64,000 nt of DNA from Eledone cirrhosa (Eukaryota), in contig OZ024742.1 in the NCBI GenBank assembly GCA_964016885.1, positions 152,210,001 to 152,274,000 on the forward strand. The letters run 5' to 3'. How positions within the stretch are numbered: the first letter of the stretch is position 1; every line of letters begins with the position of its first letter. The notes beneath the pieces were generated by a model. It made no database searches. It was given only the letters and a program-made list of their open reading frames with translations, and was not told the DNA's origin. Below, piece by piece: positions 37,616-51,650 of the stretch. The translations under genes and the position numbers were made by a program.

Positions 37616-40600
37616 TTACAGACACATACTCAGAGAAGGCCCATTCATTCGGGCCATACTTGCTTCTCTCACCCATCTTTCAACAAAATGCTGGGAAGAG
37701 AGCACTTCCCTCTCTACCCTGATTTTCCTTTTCAAATGAAATTTGAAAAAGTTAATCAGGGCATCACCGAAGAGGTAAGTGCTCGTCTTCAGCCCTTTCA
37801 AACGTGTCCACCATACTATCTCTTTCGCCATGGCCACCAGACAGATAAAAACTGCCTGCCCTTCTAGGCTAAAGGAAGGGGGCGGGGCAATCCTCACGAT
37901 GGACTCAGCTGATAGCTGGATCCGTCCTACACGTGACAGCAGGTGTTCGACATAAACCCACAAGTCAGCAATGCTCGGACACTGGACGAGTGCGTGCAGG
38001 ACGGTTTCGTCGCCCTGCGCGCATCTCGGACATGCCCGGCTGACGGTACCTCCATGCCTGTAGAGTTTATCCCGAACTGGCAAAGCTCCTCGGTAGCACT
38101 GCCAGGCCAGGGATTTCTGGAAGTTGTCCATAGGCCCCGGCCCGAAAGTCCTTCCGAAGAGATTGGCTAGTTGATTTTCGTCGACGCCTAGAGTTTCTCC
38201 AAGTACGTCGTCGCTCTTCCCCTCCACTAATCCCCTATAGAACGCCAAGGTGGAGTTTCCACCGATCACATTGCCCGATTGGTCGAGGGCTGTGAGCGCC
38301 TGAAGACATTCCAGTCTCCAAGTGCTCCCTCTCGGTCTTAGCTTGACCCAGGACTGCAGCTCCGTCAAGGAGACGAGCTGGGGAAAAACGTGTCTTGCAA
38401 ACGGCGACCACACCTGATCACCGTCTAGGAAGAGGTGGAGATGTCGTAGCCTGAGCGCGTGTCTGCGCATCATCAGCCACGGCATGCCCAGCCCTCCACG
38501 TAGCGGGTGTTGACAGCAGATGGACCGCCTGACCATCGGAGCGCGTCCCTTCCACAAGAAGCGAAAGAGCAAACGCTCCAGCGCAGTCAGGCGGGGCTTA
38601 GGACAAGGTACGACGGTCAGGCGGTAGTAGATGACGGATGCGATGTACGCATTCGCCACCTCCGCTCGACCTTTCAGGGATAGCTTTCTCTCGGCCCATT
38701 TCTGGGTGAGAGAAGCCACCCTGCTCGTCACCTCGTCCCAGTTTTTGTCCGTCTGGAGGTCTGGACCGAACCAGACCCCTAGCAATTTAACAGGTCCGTC
38801 CGTCAAGCGCCCGATGACGCTGTTGGACGGCATGGACCTGCCTCTCCAGGTGCCGAGCTGCAGGCCCACTGACTTTTCCTGGTTGATTATTGCTCCTGTC
38901 ACCGCTTCGTATTCTCTTAGTGTAGTGCCGATCGCCTCCCTGTGTTTGGCGTTCGACACCACTACGGTGACATCGTCGGCATATGCTGACACGGATTTTC
39001 CGCATGCTAGTTCGCGCGGGACCCCCCTCAACGTCTCCAGTTTGTGTAGTAATGGCTCGAGAGTCAATACGTACAATAGGGACGAGGGGGGACATCCTTG
39101 GCGGACCGAGCGCATGATGTTGAACGGTTCCGAAAGGTGACCGTTCACTCTCACTACAGAGCAGATGTCGCTGTGCATGGCAGCGATCCAGCCTCTGAAG
39201 ACGGGCCCAAAGCCAGCCGCCCTCAGGACTGCCGCTAGATAACGATGGTCGACCCTATCGAAGGCTTTCGACTGATCTAAATTGATCAAAGACCCACCCG
39301 TGCCAGGTTCCCTAGCTACCCTCTCTACGATGTATCGCATGAGGTGGAGGTTGTCGTGAATGGATCTGTCGGGAATGGCGCATGTCCGTGCCTCTCCCAC
39401 CAGACCACCAACGACAAGCGCCAACCTCTTTGCTAGCACCTTGGCCAAAATCTTGAACTCTGTGTTTAGCAGAGATATGGGCCTAAAATTGTCTATGTTA
39501 TCCCCCTTGTTCGGATCCTTTCTCAGCAGCGCCACCGCTCCTCGGCTCACAGAGCTGGGAATTCTCCCGTTCTGTTGCCAGTTGCAGTAGACGTCCGCCA
39601 AGAGGCCTCCGAACAAGCTTGGCATTTGTACGTAAAGTTCATAGGGCAGACCATCTAAATCAGGCGATTTACCCCTTGTGCAACTAGTCATTGCATCCCG
39701 TACTTCAGCGGTTGTTATCGGCCTTTCGCAACACTCCGCCTCAGTGGCCGAAAGCCGCGGCAGTCCGTCGAGGTAGACACTAAAGTCCATCCCTCGATCC
39801 GGCCCGCCACTGCCCCCGAACAGTTGAGCGAAGTGTCGCTGAAAAGCTTCACACATTTGCCCGGGATCGAGTAGCATGCGCCCGTCGTGGTCCACCAAAG
39901 ACCGGATCGTGGCTTTGTTGCCACGACGCGCCTCCGCCACTCGGGCCCATTGAACGGCTTTTGTCCCCTCGTGTCTGAGAGCACGCTCCCTAGCTCTGAC
40001 AACGCAGCCTTTGTGCTTTGCATTGAAGAATTGGTCAAGGGCCAATTTCGCCGCAAGTACGTCGGTCGCGATGCCTTTGCTAAGCGCCTCATCTAATTTT
40101 CTAACTAATTCTCCCTCTGCTCTATTTTTCTCTATTGCTAAAGTCTTACTAAACCTAATGGACTCTATTCTAATTGCTCTTTTCAGAGCAAACCACCACT
40201 TGTTGTTGACGATGGCCCCCGTCAACGCCTGCTTAACTAGTTCGCTAATACGGTCTCTGTAGGCCTTGCGCGCTGGTAAGGACGCGTTTAGCTTCCAGTA
40301 GCCGGGTCCTCGTCTATGAAGCCTATCTAAGTCAATCACACAGATCACGAATTTGTGGTCCGTGTAGCTGACTATCTTGAATTGTGGACAGCCTAAGCTA
40401 GATCTATCTATTTCCCTACAAAATACTATATCTAGATATGATCTGGATGACTTTATGCGATTTGTCCAAGTCCACATTGGTACATTCGGGAAATCCATTC
40501 GGTACCTGTCAGACAGTTCAAAACGTCTGAGCAGGTTGGTGAGACTCTTGCACCCTCCTTCCCTATCCACTAATCCCACACAATCCCAGCGTACATCTAA

Positions 40601-41035
40601 GATCCCGTTCCAGTCGCCCACTAATACTAAAGAGCGGGACGTTCCAAGAAAGGTCTCCAGACGCCGGAAGAAATCAGGCCGCCCTGCTCCTGTCGGGGCA
40701 TAGACGGCCACTAACCTGAAAGCTTGGTCGTCTCCGCTGGTCACGTCCAGCACCACCAACTTACCTTCTGGGTCCAGGAAGATGGCCCGTATGGCAAGAT
40801 CCAAACCTCTCCGAAAAAGCACAGCAACTCCTCCCCCCGATCCCGGACGGCTGGGAGATGCGTACACATCGTAGCCGCCGAAGATCGGTGCGAAAGCCTG
40901 TGCTTCGGAGATTCTGGTCTCGCTGATGGCCACTACATCTATGTTTAGTGACCTGAGGTCGTTGAGCAGGTGGCCCTGCTTCCATGACGACCCCAAGCCA
41001 CGCGCATTTATGCTGCCTATTCTGAGTGAGGTCAT
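37616..41035 (-). CDS. LINE ORF2: AP endonuclease, reverse transcriptase and C-terminal Cys/His finger (1139 aa)
   Basis: SINARGL..SET, GDWN, TDH (APE); FRPISLLN, DQSKAFDRV, VRQGCP, YADD (RT); CPRC..ETVLHALVQC. Confidence 0.95.
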   Translation of the reverse strand: MTSLRIGSINARGLGSSWKQGHLLNDLRSLNIDVVAISETRISEAQAFAPIFGGYDVYASPSRPGSGGGVAVLFRRGLDLAIRAIFLDPEGKLVVLDVTSGDDQAFRLVAVYAPTGAGRPDFFRRLETFLGTSRSLVLVGDWNGILDVRWDCVGLVDREGGCKSLTNLLRRFELSDRYRMDFPNVPMWTWTNRIKSSRSYLDIVFCREIDRSSLGCPQFKIVSYTDHKFVICVIDLDRLHRRGPGYWKLNASLPARKAYRDRISELVKQALTGAIVNNKWWFALKRAIRIESIRFSKTLAIEKNRAEGELVRKLDEALSKGIATDVLAAKLALDQFFNAKHKGCVVRARERALRHEGTKAVQWARVAEARRGNKATIRSLVDHDGRMLLDPGQMCEAFQRHFAQLFGGSGGPDRGMDFSVYLDGLPRLSATEAECCERPITTAEVRDAMTSCTRGKSPDLDGLPYELYVQMPSLFGGLLADVYCNWQQNGRIPSSVSRGAVALLRKDPNKGDNIDNFRPISLLNTEFKILAKVLAKRLALVVGGLVGEARTCAIPDRSIHDNLHLMRYIVERVAREPGTGGSLINLDQSKAFDRVDHRYLAAVLRAAGFGPVFRGWIAAMHSDICSVVRVNGHLSEPFNIMRSVRQGCPPSSLLYVLTLEPLLHKLETLRGVPRELACGKSVSAYADDVTVVVSNAKHREAIGTTLREYEAVTGAIINQEKSVGLQLGTWRGRSMPSNSVIGRLTDGPVKLLGVWFGPDLQTDKNWDEVTSRVASLTQKWAERKLSLKGRAEVANAYIASVIYYRLTVVPCPKPRLTALERLLFRFLWKGRAPMVRRSICCQHPLRGGLGMPWLMMRRHALRLRHLHLFLDGDQVWSPFARHVFPQLVSLTELQSWVKLRPRGSTWRLECLQALTALDQSGNVIGGNSTLAFYRGLVEGKSDDVLGETLGVDENQLANLFGRTFGPGPMDNFQKSLAWQCYRGALPVRDKLYRHGGTVSRACPRCAQGDETVLHALVQCPSIADLWVYVEHLLSRVGRIQLSAESIVRIAPPPSFSLEGQAVFICLVAMAKEIVWWTRLKGLKTSTYLFGDALINFFKFHLKRKIRVEREVLSSQHFVERWVREASMARMNGPSLSMCL

Positions 41036-41069
41036 GTTGAAAAGGAGTGGAAAAGATGGGAAAGACCAC

Positions 41070-43043
41070 TTACCTTACTTCTCGTAGGGGAAGGACGGTT
41101 TTTCCATCCTTTTCACTGCTTGTGGCCTCCTCAGGAAGGATGTCCTTATAAATCCTCCTGGAGAGTGCTTGTCGGAAGTCTTCGATGTCTTTGGGGAATT
41201 TTTGTTTTAGTGTCATGTACGTTTTCTGTGTGATGCGAGTGATTTGTATGTGTGGAGGTGGTGTGAATTTTGGGGTTGTTGTGTAGTCTTTTTCTGTGAT
41301 GCTGGTGTTGTGTTGGATGTAGTGTAATAATTGCTTGTTGTTCAAATTTAATGCTGTGTAGTGTGTATCGTTTTGGTTGTTTTGTTTTGTTTGCGTTTGT
41401 TGTGGGTTCGTTTCTGTTTCGCATTTTGGTGACTTTTGTGGTGTAGGTGATGGTGGTGTTGGGTTTAATGATGGTGATGGTGTTGGTGTTTGGGTTGATG
41501 GGGTTGGTGATGCTGGTGTGGATGGGGGCATATCTGTCCTAACTTTTTTGTTTCTTAATTTATTTGTTTCCCTCTGTATTTTGTTTTTGGAGGGGGAAGG
41601 AAGAGAATTTTTTTCTTTTTTGGTTACTTTTTTTTTCCAGATATCGTTTCCCACTCCTCGTCGTCACAATCTGTCTCCAGTTGTGATAGGCTGGGGAGTG
41701 GAACATCCTCCACAGCCGTTAGTTTTGGTTGTGGCGTGGTGGATGGTGTAGGCGCTGGTGCTAGTTCACAAGCGTTGGGTGGTGGTGGTGTTGGTTTTGC
41801 TGGTGGTGGTGGTGGTGTTGGTTTTGCTACTGTTGCTGGGGTTGTTGCTGTTACAGTTGCTTCTGTTGTTGCTGCCATCTCTGCTACTGGTGGTGTTGAT
41901 GGTTGTGTCACTGGGGTGGGTAGGAGAGGTGGCCTCAACCTTTTAGCCTGAGGGCAGAAAGCCCTTAGGTGGGTTCCTTCACCACAAACGACACACCTAG
42001 GTCTTCTGCCCTCGACAATTACCGTGAGGTGGCTGCCGTCAGTGAGGTCTATTACCTCTGGTATCTCCTCAATGCTTTTATGGTCCGCTTGGATCAGGAG
42101 CTCCATCCCAGATCCGGACCAGTTCTGCTTTTCTTTTGCTATTGCTATTATTTTCGTGTTGGCTTCGATGCCGACGAGGACAGCCGCTATTAGCCAGGGA
42201 ATTTCGATGGCCGGTGGAACGTGGGTCACCCTGATCTTTACGAGTCTCTGGCCACAATAGCTTGGGACGAGTGAGAAGTCGTCACTTCTTAATGGGGCCA
42301 TGGAGTGTTCTCTAGTCTCCTCTGGTGTTTCAAAGAACACGTCCACGGTTCCATACTTTTGCCCACGTCTGATGTGGGTTTTTCTTGCCCACACATGTCC
42401 CAAAGCTTTTTGGATTTGGGACTCGGATGCCCGTTCCACTCGGCGCGATTTTACATTTATTGTTCTATACGACACGGTGCATAGGCGCCAATGCTCCATT
42501 TTATTAGGTGGGGGGGGGGGGGGTGAGGCTGACCCTGTACCCATCTTTCTTTACCATTTGTTTGGCATTTTCTAAATCCTCCTGAGTTACCGTAAATGCT
42601 TCGAACTGTTTTGCTACTCTGGCGAAACTGAGGGGGGGGGGTTATAATGTCATTGTTGTTGTTGTTGCTATCGTTAATATTAATTTTAGTTTCAGTTGTG
42701 GTGTTGGTGACGTCAGTCGTCTTTGGTGGGGAAGAGTCCATTTTGCTTGATTTCATTTCGACATCACGAGTTAATTTATTTTTTTCTTCTTTTGTTTCTG
42801 TTGTCGCGGTCGTGATGGTGGTGGTGGTTGTCGCGGTGGTGGTGGTGGTGGAGGCTTTAACACCTGCAGTCATTGATAATGGCGGGAAATGAATGTCTGC
42901 CTGAGACAAATTTAAAATATGCTAGTGCTTATATTTTTTTGTGTGTTGGCAATCGTAGTAACATTTACAATGGTGGTGTCGGTGTGAGGTGTTAATTTGT
43001 GAGGAAGGCTTTCAGCTGCTTCGTGCAGAGGTGAATTAGCCAT
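41070..43043 (-). pseudogene. LINE ORF1 (gag-like, zinc knuckle), broken into several frames
   Basis: CVVCGEGTHLRAFC (CX2CX4HX4C) and Pro/Thr-rich spacers. Track ORFs 42457-42909, 41624-42544 and 41070-41654 overlap in different frames. Confidence 0.75.
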
Positions 43044-43251
43044 TTTTTTCAAAGAAATTTGTTTGATAATAATAAAAGTTTAAATTTTGGGCACAAGGCC
43101 CCAATCTTTTTGGGTGTCCTTTTTGGAAAACAATGTATGTGCGCTTGTAAACAGTTAACAATAAAATTTTCCATAAATGACAATTTTTAACAAACGGAAA
43201 TAACAAACCTTTACGGAGCTCACGATGATACAATTTACTACGTAGGTCGCC

Positions 43252-43297
<46 letters not shown>

Positions 43298-43338
43298 GAT
43301 CAAACGCACGTGGTAAGCAAATGCACAAACAAAATCGA

Positions 43339-43372
<34 letters not shown>

Positions 43373-43534
43373 CACACATATATAAATATGTAAATACATA
43401 TGCGTATATATATATATATATACACGCATATACATACCTACACACACATACACACACACAATATATATATATATATACAAATATATACACGTACACATAT
43501 ACATATATATATGCACATACATTCATACACACAT

Positions 43535-43567
<33 letters not shown>

Positions 43568-43622
43568 AGAAATACATAAAAATTTATTTTCAATTTAAAC
43601 ATATATATACACATGCACATAT

Positions 43623-44310
<688 letters not shown>

Positions 44311-44394
44311 ATATATATATACACCTCTCGTATATATATATATATATATATATATACATACACATATATATATATGTATATATATACACACACA

Positions 44395-45925
44395 CTAAGA
44401 TACACACACACATAAGTACAAAGGGTTACAACACCACATAAATAAAAATACACACACACATATAAACACACACACACGCACATATATATATACACATACA
44501 TAACATACACATATATATATAATTTATACATACATATACACACACACATATATATATATATATACATACACTTATATACACATATACACGACAACATACA
44601 TACACGTAAAATTAATATCTAAAAATCAAAAGGGGGTGGGTATGTAAAGGGTAAGGTAGAGAGTAGGTGGGAATAAGGAAAGTAAATAACATAAGAAAAA
44701 GTTTAAAAATAAGAGGAGATAAGGGAGAAAGAGAAAATAAGGGTACAGAAAGTGAGTTCAGAGAGTAATAAAAGTCGTAGTAGATGTAAGGCGTAAAAGC
44801 AAAGAAGTTCAAGGTCGTCGTAGGAATATCAATCCAGTTACAGAGCAGATGTGATTTCAGGTGAGGACAACATCCGAAGATCTCGGTCTTGCAGTTAAGG
44901 CAAGTTGAAGTGGCTTTCAAATTCTGTAGAATTCTAAATTTTTCAGTGGTACACAAATAACAATTCTTTGTGCACCTTTGGTATTCCCTCGAATGGTCTA
45001 AAATATACCAATCGATAGAGTACGGGATGTTATTATCTTTGAATTCCCACACCTTATTAGCGAGGGCCGTTGCTGTTCTTCTATCAGATTGTTTAAAAGA
45101 AGCGACATGTGCATAAAACCTGGTTTTGAACCTGTCTTGAGTCACCCAACATATCGTTCACTCCTGGCTGGCTAGTTGTTAATCAAAGGTGTTAGTTTGG
45201 CCTCATATACAACGTATTTGGTGTTACATTTGCCCTATAATGGGCATTCATCCGGCCTTCTGCAACTGCATTCTGGATTTATTCTCGTACGATTAGAGTT
45301 GGTGATTTTAGACTTTATAGATGGGCAGCAAGAGTAACTAATTTTAGCTACATTTCTATTAAATATCTTATAATATCTATGATTAGGGGGGAAATACTTA
45401 TCTAGGAGGTCAAGGAATTTCCTTCCTACATTAGTTTTGACAGTTAGAGAGAAAGGGGGTGTAAACCAAATAATTTTCCCTTTCCTATTATTGTGATTAC
45501 TTTTAGGGGAGGGGTAGGTAAATGTGTAATCTGTTCTGTAAAGCCGGTGTTATTGAGGGCTTTATTATAATAAGGGGCAGCTTTATTAAGATAAAGTATA
45601 AATCCTACCACTAATATTGGGAATAAGATTTTTAAAAACTATAGGGGGATGGCAAGACTCTTTGTGTATATATCTTTTACATACCCACCACCTTTTGATT
45701 TTTAGATATTAATTTTACGTGTATGAATGTTATCGTGTATATGTGTATATAAGTGTATGTATATATATATGTGTGTATATGTATGTATACATTTTATATA
45801 TATATGTGTATGTGTATGTATGTGTATATATATATATGTGTATGTGTGTTTATATGTGTGTGTGTGTATTTTATTATGTGGTGTTGTAACCCTTTGTACT
45901 TATGCGTATGTGTATATTAGTGTGC
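44395..45925 (-). mobile_element. Core of a 5'-truncated Naiad PLE flanked by inverted copies of its proximal 3' UTR
   Basis: YIHKESCHPP, IIWFTPPFSLTVKTNVGRKF, CSCRRPDECP, TQDRFKTRFYAH..CYLCTTEK..LNCKTEIFGCCPH. 44395-44650 is inverted relative to 45675-45925. Confidence 0.85.
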
Positions 45926-45989
<64 letters not shown>

Positions 45990-46000
45990 ATATGTACATG

Positions 46001-46091
<91 letters not shown>

Positions 46092-46187
46092 ATATATATA
46101 TGCATAACATTGAAAATACATTTTAAAGTATTTTTTTTATATATATTTATATATATATATATATATATTGTGTGTGTATGTCTGTAG

Positions 46188-46243
<56 letters not shown>

Positions 46244-46761
46244 GTATTTACATATATATATATATGTGTGTATATGGTTGTATGCATTTATGTGTGCGTG
46301 TATATGTATTTGTATGTATATACACTTTTGTATCTGTGCTGTGTTTATATGTATAGGGTGTGCTTGTATATTTATATGTATGTGTGTATATGTGTGTGTG
46401 TATATGTATATATATGTGTGTGTGTGTATGTACATATATATATATATATATATGTGTGTGTGTATATATATTTTTATATATATATATATATATTTAGGTT
46501 TTTTTGTGCATTTGCTTACCACGTGCGTTTGGTCATTTATTATATTTATTATTATTATTATTATTTTTATTATTTTTAATTTTATTTTCAATTTTGCCGT
46601 CTTGTATCGCTGTCAACTTAATAATATTTTTTATTATTTATGTTCTTAATCCTTATTTATTCTTATTTGTGTGTGTGCATATGTCTCCTTTTATATGTGA
46701 GTAGGTATGCATGTGTGTATATATGTGTATGTATGTGTGTGTGTATGTATGTATGTATGTG

Positions 46762-46811
<50 letters not shown>

Positions 46812-46812
<1 letters not shown>

Positions 46813-49800
46813 GATATTAAACAAATGGAAACTATATTTATAAAACCATATTTATTTCGTTATATATATTTCTGGGATATCATATTAAAAATATGTTATG
46901 CCTTCCTCAGACAAAATACAATACATAAGCTGTTTTATAAATAATTAGTGACATACCTTTTGAGAATGCAACTTCCTTTTAAAAAAGTTGATTTGGTAGT
47001 GAAACTGTTATGATAGTTATATAGAAAGAAAACGAAGATGAGAAGAAGAAGGTGAAGAGATGTATGTAAATAAAAAAGAAGATGAAGAGATGTATGCAAA
47101 GAGAAAAGAGATGTATGTAAAGAAAAACAACGGAGCGAGATAGAGAGACAAGGATAGAGAGAAATACATTGATGGTGAAAAAAAACATAGTAGGCTGCAT
47201 TTTGACAGATGATCATCGTATATGTGAGAGGTTAAGGGAAGGGATACAGTTAGATTAGTGTATAGGAGAAAAAGAAAGAAAGATGATATATTTAAAATAT
47301 ATTAAAAATATATTATGTCTCATCCTTTTGAGTTATCAATTTTTATGAATTAGGCACTATAATGTAAATACCAGTATTCATGAATGAGACACATATCTAT
47401 AATGTGTAAAATAAATGACCACATGCTCAGTTTAAAAATTCTTAGGTCTATAAGCAAAATCTGAGACAAAACTTCAAACGTAAGTATATATGCATTCTCG
47501 TGAAAAATGAGAAAAGAGAAGGTTATCTCAAATTCAAGTTGATAAATAAAGACGCACATGTGAACCTAGGTGATACGCTGCACTAATTCTTATATTTCAT
47601 GAAAAACTTCAATGTGTCAGAAAAGAAAAACTTCAATGCGTTAGAAGAGATTCCACCCTACATACATTTACATACATATATACATATATATAGACACAAA
47701 ACATATAAGATATACATTAACATCTAAAACACTCATCGATCAAGCATAGAGTAGACAACAGATATCAATATTAAAATTAAAAACGCCAAAAATATCTTCG
47801 TCACTCCACAGAGTATCTAGGGACGCAAGAGAACATAGTATGCCACGCATATCGGTCATAGAATCAGAGTCAAAGCAAACAAGACCAAAATTGCTCACCA
47901 AGCCTTATTTATCAGAAATCATTCAAAACTCTTGACAAACGCTTCCCTAGAACACATAAGTATCACTCAATTTTTAATAGACATACTATAAAATGAACGT
48001 ACTCGCCCACCAAAAATTTAGCACAAAATATTAATAGAATAAATAATAGGAATCTAAAACCTAGCCAAAATACCGAAAATAGCCTAAGCAATATTCAACT
48101 AAAAAACTGTAACTGTAGAGATAGATCTAAATGTCCGCTAAATAACAATTGCTTAGTTAAAAATATAATATACAACTGTAATGTTAGAACTGATTTAAAT
48201 TCTTTTAATTATGTTGGTTCCACCTCGACAGAATTTAAACTTCGCTATAATAATCACAAAAATTCTGACACGGATCCAAATAAAAAATCATCAACATCGC
48301 TGTCAGGGCTTCTCTGGCAACTTAATCATGATACAGTTGGATATTCGATGGTTTGGAATATAGTCTCAAAAGGGATTCCTTTTAATTCCTCTTCTGAGAC
48401 TTGTGACCTCTGCGCGGAGGAGATATTCTTTATATTAAAATCTAAAAATTCCCTTAATTTACGAACCAATTTATTCAGCTGTTGCATACATAGATTGAAC
48501 TCAACATTTAAATATAAATATAAATTTAAAATGTAGTATAAAATGTAGTATATTTACTTAAGGTATTTGACTATTTGTGATACTTGGCGATAAATCTTTC
48601 GATTCCTTTAATTTTTTTTTTTTTAAAACCTTTCCGCATGAATATATAATTAATGAGATTAAATAAACTACCCTAAAATTGGCGTTGGTCCCAATCTTTT
48701 GAATAAATTTTTAAGCTGGATAAACTTCTATAATAAATATAAGAGCATTTGTAGAATAAGTTTTGAATGATTTCTGATAAATAAGGCTTGGTGAGCAATT
48801 TTGGTCTTGTTTGCTTTGACTCTGATTCTATGACCGATATGCGTGGCATACTATGTTCTCTTGCGTCCCTAGATACTCTGTGGAGTGACGAAGATATTTT
48901 TGGCGTTTTTAATTTTAATATTGATATATGTTGTCTACTCTATGCTTGATCGATGATTGTTTTAGATGTTAATGTATATCTTATATGTTTTGTGTCTATA
49001 TGTATATATGTATGTAAATGTATGTAGGGTGGAATCTCTTCTAACGTATTGAAGTTTTTCTTTTCTGACACATTGAAGTTTTTCATGAAATATAAGAATC
49101 AGTGCAGCGTATCACCTAGGTTCACATGTGCGTCTTTATTTATCAACTTGAATTTGAGATAACCTTCTCTTTTCTCATTTTTCACGAGAATGCATATATA
49201 CTTATGTTTGAAGTTTTGTCTCAGATTTTGCTTATAGACCTAAGAATTTTTAAACTGAGCATGTGGTCATTTTTTTTACACATTATAGATATGTGTCTCA
49301 TTCATGAATACTGGTATTTACATTATAGTGCCTAATTCATAAAAATTGATAACTCAAAAGGATGAGACATAATATATTTTTAATATATTTTAAATATATC
49401 ATCTTTCTTTCTTTTTCTCCTATACACTAATCTAACTGTATCCCTTCCCTTAACCTCTCACATATACGATGATCATCTGTCAAAATGCAGCCTACTATGT
49501 TTTTTTTTCACCATCAATGTATTTCTCTCTATCCTTGTCTCTCTATCTCGCTCCGTTGTTTTTCTTTACATACATCTCTTTTCTCTTTGCATAAATCTCT
49601 TCATCTTCTTTTTTATTTACATACATCTCTTCACCTTCTTCTTCTCATCTTCGTTTTCTTTCTATATAACTATCATAACAGTTTCACTACCAAATCAACT
49701 TTTTTAAAAGGAAGTTGCATTCTCAAAAGGTATGTCACTAATTATTTATAAAACAGCTTATGTATTGTATTTTGTCTTAGGAAGGCATAACATATTTTTA

Positions 49801-49961
49801 ATATGATATCCCAGAAATATATATAACGAAATAAATATGGTTTTATAAATATAGTTTCCATTTGTTTAATATCGTAAACCTACTCCAGAAACTGTCGAGT
49901 GCTTTTATATCAGTTATAAAATATTTACTCGTTGTAACCCAACGATCTTAAATAAAACTTT

Positions 49962-49965
<4 letters not shown>
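46812..49965 (+). mobile_element. 5'-truncated Naiad PLE with a ~1.1-kb inverted copy of its 3' UTR at the 5' end
   Basis: Arms 46812-47929 and 48759-49875 are near-perfect inverted repeats. The centre encodes LDKRFPRTHKYHSIFN..CNCRDRSKCPLNNNCLVKNIIY..YVGSTSTEFKLRYNNH..CDLCAEE..LNLRTNLFSCCIH. Confidence 0.9.
46853..46918 (-). ncRNA. Type I hammerhead (intact core); its mirror copy at 49768-49833 has CTTAGGA
   Basis: attttgt-CTGAGGA-aggcataacatatt..aatatgatatccca-GAAA-tatatat-A-acgaaat. Confidence 0.65.
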
Positions 49966-50032
<67 letters not shown>

Positions 50033-50358
50033 GTATGTGTGTGCATGTATATATATATATATATGTGTTGGAGTGTTTATGTATGGATATATATATATAT
50101 ATATATATGAATGTGTGTGTATATGTATCTCTGTGTATATATGCGTGTATATATATATGTATATATATATGTATATATATATGTATATATATATGTGTGT
50201 ATATGTGAGTATGTGTGCGTGTGTGTGTGTACGTGTGTGTTGTTATATATTCTTATTTATTATTCTCCCACCCACCCACCTTTTTTCCTCCAGCCTTACT
50301 TTCATATCTGTTATATTTTTGTTTTTAAAATCCATTGTCAATAAAGACACCAAGATTT

Positions 50359-50418
50359 TTTCATTCTGATGAATGAAAGCAATTTTGGTTGCTTTCAAGA
50401 AACCACTGGTAAATAAAA
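50359..50418 (+). ncRNA. Type I hammerhead ribozyme (inverted paralogue of 35713-35772)
   Basis: tttcatt-CTGATGA-a tgaaagcaa ttttgg ttgctttca a-GAAA-ccactggt-A-aataaaa. Confidence 0.75.
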
Positions 50419-50464
50419 TAATTATCTTATGTTGTTTATTACATAACTAAATATATATATATAT

Positions 50465-51589
<1,125 letters not shown>

Positions 51590-51592
51590 TAT

Positions 51593-51650
<58 letters not shown>

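Larger units (their letters stand above)
37373..43251 (-). mobile_element. Near-full-length L1-group (Tx1-like) non-LTR retrotransposon inserted in (AAT)n; 43065-43251 may be a separate SINE relic
   Basis: ORF1 plus ORF2, AATAAA just before an (ATT)n tail, (AAT)n on both sides, and a homologous empty site at ~46505-46625. Confidence 0.9.

Noticed and set aside
37565-42892. Plus-strand ORFs overlapping the LINE
   Set aside because: Antisense shadows of GC-rich ORF1/ORF2 with no recognisable motifs.
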